Shown here one piece after another: positions 25,683-38,424 of a DNA stretch of 64,000 nucleotides (position 1 is its first letter; every line of letters starts with the position of its first letter). The stretch comes from Octopus vulgaris. Its lineage: Eukaryota. The notes beneath the pieces are model-generated. The model ran no database searches and was not told where the DNA came from. It saw only the letters and a list, made by a program, of their open reading frames with translations. The position numbers and the translations under genes are program-made. The DNA lies in NCBI GenBank assembly GCA_951406725.2, contig OX597815.1, forward strand, positions 211,110,001-211,174,000, read 5' to 3'.

Positions 25683-27036
25683 TATATTAGAGATAAAACC
25701 ACTGTTAGGCAAATCAAACAGTGAAAATCATAAGCCAATACATAGAAATAAAATTAATTAATAAAATATGTAAAAAATAAAAATATAAAATTCCAAATTA
25801 AAATATTTAAATTAAAGTTAAGATTTTAAAAATTATTTAAATTAATAATTTAAACTTATAAATTTTAAATATATATATATATATTATTATTTATTTATTT
25901 TTTTTATTATTATATAAATATCAAAAAGTATTAAAAGTTTAATATAAGATAAAGAGTATATATATAGTGTGTGTGTGTGTGTGTGTGCGTGAGAGAGAGA
26001 TAGTGAAGGCACTTGGCTTAATAATATGGTATTCGACTCATGATCGTACAAATACAAATGAGTTGTACTTGTAATTCAAAGGGCCAGCCTTGTCTCATTC
26101 TGTGTGCGTATCTGTGGCGTATTTAACCACTTCGACGACGTTAATTTCACGAGCAGGCTATTCCATTGTTGGATCGGTGGAACCCACGTTGTCGCAATCG
26201 ACAGAATGCCAGTCTATACACACACATGCATATGATATATACGTTTAAAAGTCAGTTATATTATTTTCATCGACAAGCTAAGTAACGTTTTTTATTTAAC
26301 AATATTATTTAACTTTTGAATTGTATTAAGTTTGATTATTATTATGATCATTATTGTTGTTAAAATATTAATTTATATATAATTTCATGACAATTATTAG
26401 TTACGATATATATATATATTTATTTATTTATGTTTTATGATTATTAATAATTTTATAATGTGATTTAACGAATTACATATAATTAAATTTGATAATCAGT
26501 TTTAAAAGACAATATATCATTTAATAGTTAGGTGGTCTATTCATTATGTAATATTACATTTAAGTAAATTAGTTTAATATTAATTGATATTTTGGTCAAC
26601 TATATAATTGAGTAAAATATTAAATCTATATATATATTCACAATATAGTTAGTGTATCTAATAGGTGTGTATATATTTAAACCATTTCCTATTATTAATT
26701 CTAATATTTATGTCTTGTACTAACATTATGTATATTACTTAACATTAAGGTTTTTAATATAAATTACTTAATGAGTATAAGATTTTATTTAGATGTTTAT
26801 TAAATAAATAAATTAAAAATTTAATTTATTGCATATAGATTAAATTATAGTATTTAGTTTTCACTTAATGTATATTTTGTTCTATCTTATATTTAATCTT
26901 TCTATAATATATCATTTTTCTAAATGGTATAATTTAATTCTTCATTATTGAATTGATAAAAGGTGGGATTTTTCTAATATATATATATATATATATATAA
27001 TTTAAATAATGATAATAATATGGTAATAATCAGGTG

Positions 27037-27675
27037 GCTAGCAAGTTTACACCTTTACAGGCAAAATATAAGTTAAATTTAGATTCAGTAGGGTATTTAT
27101 ATACCACTTGCTAAAATCAGAGACATTGCTCCAAAACCATCAGAAACTCACTATAAAGATATATACGGGCAATGCAATGAATCCAGGAGAAATAGGCTTA
27201 CCTTGTGTTGAATACATAAGGAAGGAATGTATATTTTAATATCAATTGATTTCACCCTCTGTATGATAAACTTACTCTGGGATCGTCAGTTGAAAATAAC
27301 GTTGTTAATATCTATTTCTAAGATATTCATCACATTAGCTCGTATGCGTTCTTTACTTTAAGCGAAAACTATTTAAAAAAAACTATCGTGAGCAAGAATA
27401 AATTGAAATAAAAATGTATTATTACCGTCATTAATGATAATAATAAGATAATGATAATGTAGCTGGCAAGTTTACACCTTTACAGGCAAAATATAAACTG
27501 AATTTAGATTCGGTAGGGTATTTATATACCACTTGCTAAAATATCTATTCCTTACTTGTGTATTCAATACAAGGTAAGCCTATTTCTCCTAGGTTCATTG
27601 CATTGCTCGTGTGTATCTTAATAGTGAGCTTCTGGTGGTTTTGGAGCAATGGCTCTGATTTTAATAAGTGATATA
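27037..27675. repeat. Direct plus inverted duplication (A-B ... A-B-inverted)
   Basis: ~80 bp block at 27037-27119 repeats at 27462-27542; ~120 bp block at 27107-27229 is reverse-complemented at 27546-27675. Confidence 0.85.
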
Positions 27676-27768
27676 TAGACATATAAGGGTAGAAATTGAT
27701 ATTAATCAATTTAAAACCAGTGGCTTAGCATATATAAAAATCCGAAGATTAAAAATTGTGTTACATAC

Positions 27769-28008
27769 AAAATTTAGAGGAATGACCACTAAAGTGGACA
27801 CTCTAAATGCTAAACATAGACGTCAAATGGTCATTACCATGAAGAATGTGTTCTCAAGAAAAATCTCAGCAAACACCAAAATGTAAAAATATAAACATTT
27901 TGGTTTTTGCTGAGATTTTCTTGAGAACACATTCTTCGTGGTAATGACCATTTGACGTCTATGTTTATAATAATGGTATCCACTTTAGTGGTCATTCCTC
28001 TAAATTTT
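27769..28008. repeat. Long near-perfect palindrome (~115 bp arms, 10 nt loop)
   Basis: AAAATTTAGAGGAATGACCACTAAAGTGGA...CCAAAATGT / ACATTTTGG...TCCACTTTAGTGGTCATTCCTCTAAATTTT. Confidence 0.92.
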
Positions 28009-28011
28009 ATT

Positions 28012-28065
<54 letters not shown>

Positions 28066-28259
28066 CGAGATACAGTCTTTACAGTTGAGTGGTTGCTGTA
28101 TGCAAATGATACTAGTTCTATTTTTTTAACTGTTGAATATAGAAATATTCAAGAAAATGTGCAATAAAAATGCAAACCTTTCCATACTCTTAGCAGAGTA
28201 TCTGGAAGTTGGTAAATGTCATCAGCTCCCATGGTTTCACCAACTTCCTAAAGCTGTAT

Positions 28260-28483
28260 ACGAGCTGGCAGAAACGTCAGCACGCCGGGCGAAATGCTTA
28301 GTGGTATTTTGTCTGCTGTTACGTTCTGAGTTCAAATTCCGCTGAGGTCGACTTTGCATTTCATCTTTCGGGGTCGATTAAGTAAGTACCAGTTATGCAC
28401 TGGGGTCGATGTAATCGACTTAATCCGTTTGTCTGTCCTTGTTTGTCATCTCTATGTTTAGCCCCTTGTGGGTAGTAAAAAAA
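28260..28483 (+). mobile_element. SINE family A
   Basis: Near-consensus copy ending in an A-rich tail. Confidence 0.9.
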
Positions 28484-29559
28484 AATGTATACTTTATCCT
28501 ACCAAACCAATGTAGAACTTCTATGAGCTCAAATTGCACCTTACCATCTCAAGAAAGAAGAAAAGAAAAATGTAGAACACACCATATTACATAGTTCAGT
28601 ATAAATACAATGTCTGATGAATATAAATGACTTGGTCATAGCTTGACGATGCATGACTATAGTTCAGCTAGATCAAGATTGACCTGAGGTCAGCCATCAA
28701 CAACACCAACTAGAAAAATCCTCGTTCTAATGGTTTTCCAAATCACCATATTTCAAGACATGATTTTGCCTTAAATAGAAAGTTATGTAAACATTCTAAC
28801 TGTATTTTCAGCATTCTAGAAGCAAATTATGGCCTATAAAATTATATTTTACAATCAGCATTCAGAATGTTATTCTGCTGTGAATAGTAATGGTGTCGGG
28901 AAAGTGCACTCAAGTATTCATATTATTCTCTAGTGTCTGGTTAAAATGGCTTATTCCAAAGATACTTGTTCTAAATTCGAAATTATTCTTCCAGTATCAT
29001 TTGATATGAAAAAATGTTTTTGTGGCCATATACAAAATACAAATGTCAAAATGACGATATTCAGAATGTAAATTAGTTTTAAAAGACATCTTGTAAGAAG
29101 GGTGCAATTTCTAAAACTGATTAACTTCAGATCTCTTCAATAACAAGTATCTTTGATGGATTTCCCTTAACTCGATACTTGGACTGTTTCATATCATAAT
29201 GTACATAAATGATATAAATTATTTTGAAATCTATTCTGCTTTGCTCGTGATACATTTCCTTTTCTCTGAAAGAATGACATTTGAAATACTATATGAGAAA
29301 CTGAACTGTGAACCAATGAATGTATTACATTATGTTAAAGCCAAGAAACTTATTGAAAATAGTAACATAATTGAACAGCTTAACTATTAATGAGTATCAA
29401 TTCCACTGTCTTATTCTCTAAATGTAAATATTGTAATACCAAAACTAGAGTACAAATAATATTTTGTCATGGGAGTAAAATTTGGCCATAAATTTAAGTA
29501 GAAACATTCGGGCCATTCTTATATACACTGCAGTGCATTCTGTTTTTCCTATCTGTAAC

Positions 29560-31103
29560 CATCATCATCATTATAATAATCATCATTTCCATGCAGTTAA
29601 TTGTTAGACAGTTTGACCAGAGCTGGCAAGCTGGAGAGATGTACCAGGTTCCAGTTTGATTTGGCTTTGTGTCCACTGCGGCTGAATGCCCTTCCTAACG
29701 CCAACCACTTTACAGCGTGTGTTGGGTGCTATTTCCGTGGCATCAGCATGAGTTCTGTTTGCATAAATTGATACGGGTGCTTTTATGTGGACCGGCATGG
29801 GTGCTTTCTACGTGGACTGGCATGAGGGCTCTTCAAAGAAAATACTTAAGCTGAGAATAGAGCATTAATAATTCAATTGCGTTGGGCAGGTCTTCTTGAG
29901 TACAGCAAAGCACCAAATATCTTGATCCTTTATCCTCTTTCATAACACTCAGTCCTGAAATCTGTCTTCAATACTTCATCCCATGTCTTCCTGGGTCTCC
30001 CTCTTCCACAATTCCATCTACTTTAAGTGATTGGCACTTCTTTATGCATGTGTCTACATCCATTCTCATCACATGACCAAGCCAATGCAGCCTTCTCTCT
30101 TGCACACTGCATACAATTCCTCTTATACCTAATTTTTCTCTCAATACACTAGCAGTCTGTCGTACATGTACACCTACATTGCACACCCATTGGGGCATAC
30201 TAGTTTCATACCTCTTTAGCTTTCACATGTTCTTTGCAGTCAGTGTGCATGTCTCACTCCCATGTAGCATTGTTGTTAATATACATGCATCAAACAATCT
30301 TTCTTTCACTCGGAGAGAGAAACCTTCGGTTACCAACAGAGGTCGAATCTCTCTGAATTTTCTCCATCCTGTTCTTACAATTACACCTTTCATACACCCT
30401 CCTCTAATGCTAGTTAGGTCTTCTAAGTAGCAGAAATTATCCACTACCTCCAAAGAGCATCTTGAGCATTTGGGAGAATTAATTTCTTGAGTATCTGTAG
30501 CTTTTATGGCTCTTGTGCATCTTCCCCAGACAAACACTACTTTCTCTGATAGCTTGCCTATTTTTCCAGCACAACTCTTGTGTTTCCATAGCTTACACCG
30601 TAACGAGTTCCTTCCTACACATTTCCTACATATCGAGCATGGACATTTACCTGATGGTGGTAATGTCCTGTGTGCTTTCTTGCTTATTAAAACCTTAGTC
30701 TTTGCTAAGTTAACCTTAAAGCCCTTCAATTCCAGCTTTTGCTTTCACACCTGGAATTTCTTTTCTAGCATTGTCATAGAATCTGCTATAAGAGTAAGAT
30801 CAACAGATAGCAGTTCCCAGGGGCAACCAATCTCATGTGCCTCTATTATGACCGAGAGGACAATGATGAAAAGGAGAGGACTAAGAACTGAACACTGGTG
30901 GACGCCTACCACCTCTACACCAAATTCATCCCTGTACTCATGGTTAACTCTTACCTTACTGACAGAGGCTCTGTACATGATCTGTACTGCTTTCATAAGC
31001 CACTCACCTACCTCTAGATTTTCATCAATCGACCCAGCAATTTGATGCCTTTATAATTATTTCTATCTAAGGCATCTCCTTTACCCTTATAGCAGGTGAC
31101 ACT
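29560..31103 (-). mobile_element. RTE-clade LINE, 3' half (RT domain, zinc-finger-like insert, 3' UTR), decayed
   Basis: TCYKGKGDALDRNNYKGIKLL, GVHQCSVLSPLLFIIVL, KGFKVNLAKTKVL, LEVVDNFCYL, GWRKFREIRPLL, VQERRLHWLGHVMRM; (ATG)n-like tail. Confidence 0.92.
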
Positions 31104-31254
31104 ACACGTCATTGGGTTAGAATTCATAACTTTACAATTGTGAGCTGCATACCCTAACCACTAAGCCATGTGCCTTAACATTTGTTTTATCCTATCAATT
31201 ATGATAACACCCACCTCACTATTAGTGTTGATTTACTTGCATTCCATGAACAAT

Positions 31255-32736
31255 TCCACTTTGTTTGTTGAAATGCTTGAGCAGAAGTGTGTAGAAATGT
31301 GTTGTGTGCAAGAAGTACGATGGAGGCAAGTCTCAGCCAGACTGCTTGTGGGCAAGAGTTGTAGATGTGAGATTTTCTGGGTGGGCAGCGTTGATAGTCA
31401 AGGTGGTGTAGGCATTCTTCTTGCAGAGAAATGAGCGGATAATGTGATTGAGGTAGTCAGGGTATGTGATAAGATTATTAAGCTAAGAGTAGTCCTCTTT
31501 AATGTAACCATCTCATTCATCTCTGAATATGCTTTGCATGTTAGATTCACAGATATTCAGAAGGACCGTGTCTATGCGTCCCTTCTGAAGACCACCTTGC
31601 TGACGAAAGACAATGTGACAGGTGACTACAGTGGCCATGTTGGAAAACACTGATAAATTTCAGGGTATGCATAGAGGCTACAGATTTGGCTCTAGAAATG
31701 AGGGGACAACAAGACTGCTAGTGTTTTGTGATGCACCTGACTTACTGGTCTGCAACACCAACTTCAGGAAACCTGCCAGTCATCTGATCACTTATCAATT
31801 TGGTGGGTTTATTGACCAAATTGACTACATCCTCACCAGAACCAACATATGCTTGTAAATGCAAAATCCTTCCTAGATGAAGAATGTGCAACTCAGCATA
31901 GGCTAACATAGGCTAACCATTTCAGATTTCGAGGTAGAAGGATCCAGAGACACAAACTGATATTGAAAAAGAGGTTTTGAAAACTCAAAATTCCTTCATG
32001 TGGGCAGAGATTTAGAGATGTTCTTAATGAAGCTTTCGATGAGAAGAAGGAAGTGATAGAGGCATACGACATAAAAGACAACAGAAAGTTCTTATGAGAC
32101 AATCTACCGAGGGCGGCAGACCAAATCTGTATATTTAGTAAAACGTCTGCCAAACCAAGGGTGACATGGTGTTGGAACAGTGAGGTTGACAGGGCCATAA
32201 AAGAGAAGAGACCAGTGTGGAAAGAGTGGAAATGTGGGGGTAGCAAAGAAACAGCAGATAGGTAAAAGCAAAGCTAGGCGTCAGTTTTATCTAGCTAGGG
32301 CAGAAACAGAAAAGGTGAGGTGTACCAATGTTCTGTAGTGTGAATATCAGAGACTTGAGGCATTACGGATTGCTAGACAGTGTCTTAGAGAGAATCGAGA
32401 TGAGAGAGAGAAGTGTGTACGGATGGATAAAAGTATGCTTGCACTAAGTGATTTTGAAAGAAGCATGGAAGAGTTACTATGAGTTGCTATTAAATGTAGA
32501 GAATGAATGGAAGAAAGGGAGTCTCCCACATGTTAATCTAATTGGGGGATTAGCTACCCTAGTCAACAGCAGTATGATAGATAAAGCAATTAAAGATATG
32601 AAGACAGGGAAAGACTCTGGTCAATCAAGAGTAACTGCAGAGATCCTTAATATATCTGGTAAAGTAGGAAACGGTCTAATCACTCTAGTTAATCAGGTTA
32701 TTCAGGAAGGTAAAATCCCTAAAGACTGGTGTAGCC
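31255..32736 (+). mobile_element. RTE-clade LINE, 5' half (AP endonuclease, linker, RT start), decayed
   Basis: CCVQEVRWR, GGVGILLAEK, GDYSGHVG, FGSRNEG, NTNFRKP, QIDYILTR, KAIKDMKTGK, GKIPKDWCS. Confidence 0.92.
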
Positions 32737-33375
32737 GAAAATTTTAACCAACAGTTTTTCGAAAATTTTAAGAATTTTCACCTAAAATTTTCACCGAAAA
32801 TTTTACCCAAAAATTTTTGGGTAAAATATTCGGTGAAAATTTTCGAAAAATTTTTGGTGAAAATTTTCGAAAAATTTTTGAGGAAAATTTTCGAAAAATG
32901 TTTGAGGAAAATTTTCGAAAAATTTTTGAGGAAAATTTTCGAAAGATTTTTGGGGAAAATTTTCGAAAAATTTTTGGGGAAAATTTTCGAAAGATTTTTT
33001 GGGAAAATTTTCGAAAAATTTTTGGTGAAAATTTTACCCAAAAATTTTTCGAAAATTTTCCCCGAACATTTTTTTGAAAAATTTTTGGGGAAAATTTTCG
33101 AAAAATTTTCAGGGAAAATTTCCGAAAAATTTTTGAGGAAAATTTTCGATAAATTTTTGGGGACGATTTTCGGTGAAAATTTTCGAAAAATGAAGATTTT
33201 CGGTGAAAATTTTCAAAAAATTTTTGAAGATTTTCGGTGAAAATTTTCGAAAAAGTTTTGGTGAAAAAATTTTCGAAAAATTTTTTGGTAAAATTTTCGG
33301 TGAAACTTTTCGAAACATTTTTGGGGAAAATTTTCGGGGAAAATTTTCGAAAAATTTTTGGATAAAATTTTCACC
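32737..33375. repeat. ~24-bp quasi-palindromic minisatellite (GAAAATTTTCGAAAAATTTTTG..)
   Basis: Roughly 25 imperfect units of alternating A/T tracts; yields repeated FGENFRKI peptide artefacts. Confidence 0.95.
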
Positions 33376-33440
33376 ATGTTTGTTGCATGAAGCATAATAG
33401 TAAAGTCAGTGCAAGCTCTATTGATATAATAAACCAAGAA

Positions 33441-33985
33441 ATCATCGTTTACATCCGTTTTCCATGCTAGCATGGGTTGGACGGTTCGACTGGGGTCTGG
33501 GAAGCCAGAAGGCTGCACCAGGCTCCAGTCTGATCTGGCAGTGTTTCTACAGCGGGATGCCCTTCCTAACGCCAACCATTCCGTGAGTGTAGTAGGTGCT
33601 TTTTACGTGTCACCAGCACAGGGGCCAGAGGAGGCTGGCAATGGTCACGATTGGTTGGTGGTTTTTACGTGCCACCGGTACAGGTGCCAGTCAAAGCGGC
33701 GCTGGCATCGGCCACGTTCGGATGATGCTTTTTATGTGCCACCGGTACGGGTATCACAACTATAATTTCCTTTTCATTTTTAATTTGATGTTGATGTACT
33801 TGACTCAATAGGTCTCCTCAAGCACAGCCGTTCGCCCTACAATCCAATGTTAGCACAGCGAGCCATGAACTCACTTCATTTGTCGGGTCTTCGCAGTCAC
33901 AGCATATTTCCGAAGGTCTCGGTCTTTCGTCATTGCCTCTGTGAAGCCAGCGTTCGAAGGTCATGCTTGACCACTTCATCCCAAA
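33441..33985 (-). mobile_element. RTE LINE 3' end (5'-truncated)
   Basis: WDEVVKHDLRTL..EAMTKDRDL..YAVTAKTRQMK*, followed by the 3' UTR shared with 29570-29830, 45315-45705 and 52050-52235. Confidence 0.85.
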
Positions 33986-34074
33986 TCTAGACAAATTAAA
34001 ATTACAACCATTAATATAAGATTAATCATTATGTAAGTGACTAATTCTGGAATTTATTAAAAGTAAATATATAA

Positions 34075-35013
34075 CGGTGCAGGCATGGCTGTGTGGTAAG
34101 AAGCTTGCTTCCCAACCACATAGTTCTAGGTTCAGTCCCACTGCATGGTACCTTGGGTGAGTGTCTTTTACTATAGCCTCAGGCCAACCAAAACCTTGTG
34201 AGTGGATTTAGTAGATGGAAACTGAAAGAAGCCTGTCATGTATGTATGTATATATATATATATTCGCGTCAGGTTCGTTTCGATTTATCGGTTCGTTCCA
34301 CTTCTTGTCTCCATTTAATTTTTATATAAATATTTAAGACGCGAAATTCTCTCCCTTTGCTTTACCCTCTCCACTCTTTCTCCCTCTCACTCTTCCTCTT
34401 TTCTCTCTCTTAGCCGCGTGTCCCCCTCCTCCTTCCTTCTTTCTCACTGCCAGCCTAAAAATTTCTTTCTTTTGCACGCTGCCTCTGCTACTGAAAAGTC
34501 ATGCTTTCCACACGCTGCCACACAACATCTTCCGTCTAGCCAGAAAAAGGCCTTTTCGTTTGTTTGTTTTTTTCTCATTTGTTCTCTTGTTTGTTTGATT
34601 TCCCGTATTGTATTCTCTTTTTATTTCTCGTCTTGTATTTTTTTGTACATGTATTTCTGTCTTGTATTTTATTGTGCAGTTTTATTGTTACCTCCTGTTT
34701 GTGTTCTTACACGTTTTACCCCGCTGCTTGGAATTTTATCTTAATTCTTTCGCAGGAAGGCCTAGTTGACGATGTGCCCTGTCTTGCCTTCGAAACACGC
34801 CTGAGTTAACTAGCGACAGCTGATGACGGTGGATTTTTCCTTGTGTAGCATGTCCTGTACTTGTTTTCTTGATGTAAAAATTTTTGTTTTTCCTGTTTCT
34901 ACGTCTTGTTGTGGTGTCCTGTACTTACGTATATTTATATGTGCATGTATCTATACATCTAGATGTAGGTACGTACATATGTTTGTATGTATGCATATAT
35001 TTTTATTTATTAC

Positions 35014-35047
<34 letters not shown>

Positions 35048-35260
35048 CTTTGTGTCTGTGGCTGTTCCTCCACCATTGCTTGATGACTGATGTTGGTGTG
35101 TTTACGTCCCCGTAACTTAGCGGTTCGTCAAAAGAGACCGATAGAATATGTACTAGGCGTGCAATGAATAAGTCCTGGGATCGATTTTTTTCCGACTAAA
35201 ACCCTTTAAGGTGGTGCTCCAGCATGGCCACAGTCAAATGACTGAAACAAGTAAAATATG
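34075..35260 (+). mobile_element. SINE family B interrupted at its microsatellite by a ~670 bp insert (34262-34930)
   Basis: SINE head at 34075-34238, tail at 35040-35257; unrelated pyrimidine/T-rich insert between. Confidence 0.8.
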
Positions 35261-36051
35261 GCATATGGCAGTCTACTCCTGGATATCCTTCTTCAGGCTT
35301 GAAGAATTTTGGCCATACCACTAACCCATTAATGCCACCACACTAACTTGACATTGAGCGTGTGCTTTGTCAGTTACAATATTCATTTGACAACCATTTG
35401 CTATTTCTAGCCAATCACATAACCACCACTACGAGACTACCCAGGCTGGCTGTCTCTTATAGTATTAACAAAGTTATAACAGGAGCTATAATAACAGATG
35501 TAAGTATTGTATAAATGCAATAAAGATACACCAATCCTCAGAAAGAAAACTATATACCCAGCACAGCCAAAAAAGAAAAAACCATTAATAACTAAATGAG
35601 ATCAAATAATAGGTGAGTTATATAGAATTCATAGAGCCAACCCTTTCTATCGGTTCATTTTTATATTGCCTATCTTTGCAAAATAAATAAAACTACTTCT
35701 ATTTAAATGAAAATCACTTTGCAGTATTTTTTTCTGTGGTTTCCTTCTTTTATATCAGAAATGTCTAGAACACAGATTAGATTTTTTTTTTTGGTAATAT
35801 TGTTATTTCTTTTATAGTCCATCTACCTCAACGTATGAATATATAGGTTTCGTGGTTTTTCTATTTCTTAATTTCATTGTATATCCTACCAAGTTACAAG
35901 CAATTTGTTTTGAAAACCAATACAGCTATAGATATCTGTGTGTGTGTGTGTGTATATATATATAATGTAAAATAATTCTTATCATATAATAAAATATGTA
36001 TTGCCTATCTATACACAAATATCATACATATTCTTACACACACACACACAC

Positions 36052-36088
<37 letters not shown>

Positions 36089-37306
36089 TATCATCATATA
36101 TATGGAAAGAGAGAGACAGATGGATAAATGATATATGTAGGTGCAGGAGTGGCTGTGTGGTAAAGTAGCTTACTTACCAACTACATGGTTCTGGGTTCAA
36201 TCCCACTGTGTAGCACCTTGGGCTAGTGTCTTCTACTATAGCTTCAGGCCAGCCAAAGCTTTGTGAGTGGATTTCATAGAAGGAAACTGAAAGAAGCCTG
36301 TCTAGTGCCCCTTAATTGGCTCCCATGCCAGTGGCACACAAAAAGCACCAACCAAACATGGCTTAGGAAATGTGTATCTCTTACTTCTTTAGTTTTTCTT
36401 TAATCTTTCTCTCCTACTTTTTTCAATTCTCTCCTCCTTTCTACATCATCATCATCAACATTTAATATCTGCTTTCCATGCTGGCATTGGTTGGACAGCT
36501 TGACAGGAACTGATTTGAGAGAGAATTTTGCTGCTACTTTGAGTAGGTTCTGATTGTGTAGAAGCTCTATTTTGGCTCTTGCAGAATTTGTCCAAGGAAT
36601 TCTGTTGAAAGAGTAGCTATATTCTCTAAAACTAAAAGACTGACATGGCAATGCAGTCCAATGCAAAGTGGTGGCCTTTCACAATATTAGGCAATTCATT
36701 TCATTTGAATTCAATTACATATGTTCAGTACTAAAAAAAATAGTTCTTAAATGAGACAAAAAAGTTTTTTGATAAAATGTCAGGTAAGCAGAGCCTCATA
36801 AACCAGCTGTGTAGCAGAAGTAATCGGCAGAGATACCCTTTACATGAATTCGATAAACTCTTCATGTTAGTTAATTTTTTGGTAACCTGCAAAACTAACG
36901 CAGCTGGTGGTGTTTTAAAAATATAGTAGCCACAACAAGAAAGAAGAGAAAATATTTTAGAAAATATTAGTAACAACGGGATTTTCTTTTTATGTTTGCT
37001 CAATGAGGCATATTAGCACATTAAGTTCACTGAAGATCTTCAAAGAGACATGGATTGAGTATGAAATGTTAGATCTATTCATTTGACTGACATAAAAGAT
37101 AGAACGAAAGTGATTTGGGAAAATAACTACACATTAAGGATATGAGGTGATGTGCACAATAAGAAATACAATCAACTAATGGAATACTGTCTATAGTAAA
37201 TGGAGACTAAGGAAGACATCTATTGGTATAGTTTGAAATAAGACTGCTAAACTTCAAAGACACAATGATACATTGTTCAAATGTATATCGTATTGTACAC
37301 CTGACC

Positions 37307-37506
37307 AAGACACCATGGATAAATGGAAATTTAAAACAATATGACGCTACTACCACAAAAATTTTTTATATGCTAAAATAGTTTAAGATACTCAAAAGAT
37401 TTTATCATTCATTTTGATAATCAAGTGGGATATTTGTTGATGACTGTAGATTTTTTTTTCTTTTTGTATATACATTTACTTTGGTTAAACAAAGACACAC
37501 ACACAA

Positions 37507-37557
<51 letters not shown>

Positions 37558-37817
37558 CATGACAAGCTTCTTTCAGTTTCTGTCTACTGAGTCCACTCAC
37601 AAGGTTTTGGTTGGCCTGAGGCTATAGTAAAAGACACCATGGATAAATGGAACTTTAAAACAATATGACGCTACTACCACAAAAATTTTTTATATGTTGA
37701 AATAGTTTAAGATACTAAAAAGATTTTATCATTCATATTGATAATCAAGTGGGATATTTGTTGATCACTGTAGATTTTTTATTTCTTTTTGTGTATACAT
37801 TTACTTTGGTTAAACAA
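37307..37817. repeat. ~186-bp direct duplication flanking a SINE B fragment
   Basis: 37307-37492 matches 37631-37817; the spacer is (TA)n plus a minus-strand SINE B piece. Confidence 0.9.
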
Positions 37818-38206
37818 TCTTGATGCCAAATCTCTATGATATTTGTCTATCAAATTTTTGAAAAGCTTATATCTCATTTTTATCAAGCCTGCAAATCATG
37901 TTGATTAAAACATTCAAGTTCAAATCACCTTTATTTATTATAGGTGTCAATAACTTAGCTTTTTTTTTTTTAATTATATGAGTTATTTTATATGACAATA
38001 TACTGATAATATCAATTCCCAATCTGTTAAAAATAACAACAATTTGAAAAAAAAATTTTAGAAACTCAAGTCTATTTGATATTGTATCAATGTCAATAAT
38101 ATTTCTAAATGAGAAAACAAACTTTTATCTCAGAGTGTATAACTCAATCATTAAATCAATTATTTAAATATATAATGAAAATATCTTAATTAATCCATTT
38201 ACATAC

Positions 38207-38317
38207 TATTGTTCTTGACGAACACAATTGTCTGTCATCAAAGATTTAGCTGCAGAATTAAGAATGTACTTGAAAACATCTTGATGTTTGTATCCCATAC
38301 CACATATAATTTTCAAA
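38207..38317 (-). CDS. Candidate 111-bp internal coding exon of an unidentified gene
   Basis: Acceptor ctttatacctctatccttatag, donor gtatgt, open phase 2-2 frame LKIICGMGYKHQDVFKYILNSAAKSLMTDNCVRQEQ. No recognised homology. Confidence 0.25.
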
Positions 38318-38424
38318 CTATAAGGATAGAGGTATAAAGATATATTTGACTATGTGCCTTAAGACTAATAAGGCTTTCTTATTTTTGTTACTCATACCCA
38401 ATCTGCTAATCTAGTATTTTTAGA

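Noticed and set aside
25600-27030. Extremely AT-rich block resembling a mitochondrial control region or NUMT
   Set aside because: No mitochondrial tRNA, rRNA or gene remnants seen; adjoins (TA)n and repeat fragments.
32737-33375. CRISPR-like palindromic repeat array
   Set aside because: No unique spacers, no cas genes, eukaryotic context.
32778-33397. ORFs with repeated FGENFRKI / KIFEKFL peptides
   Set aside because: Translation of the 24-bp minisatellite.
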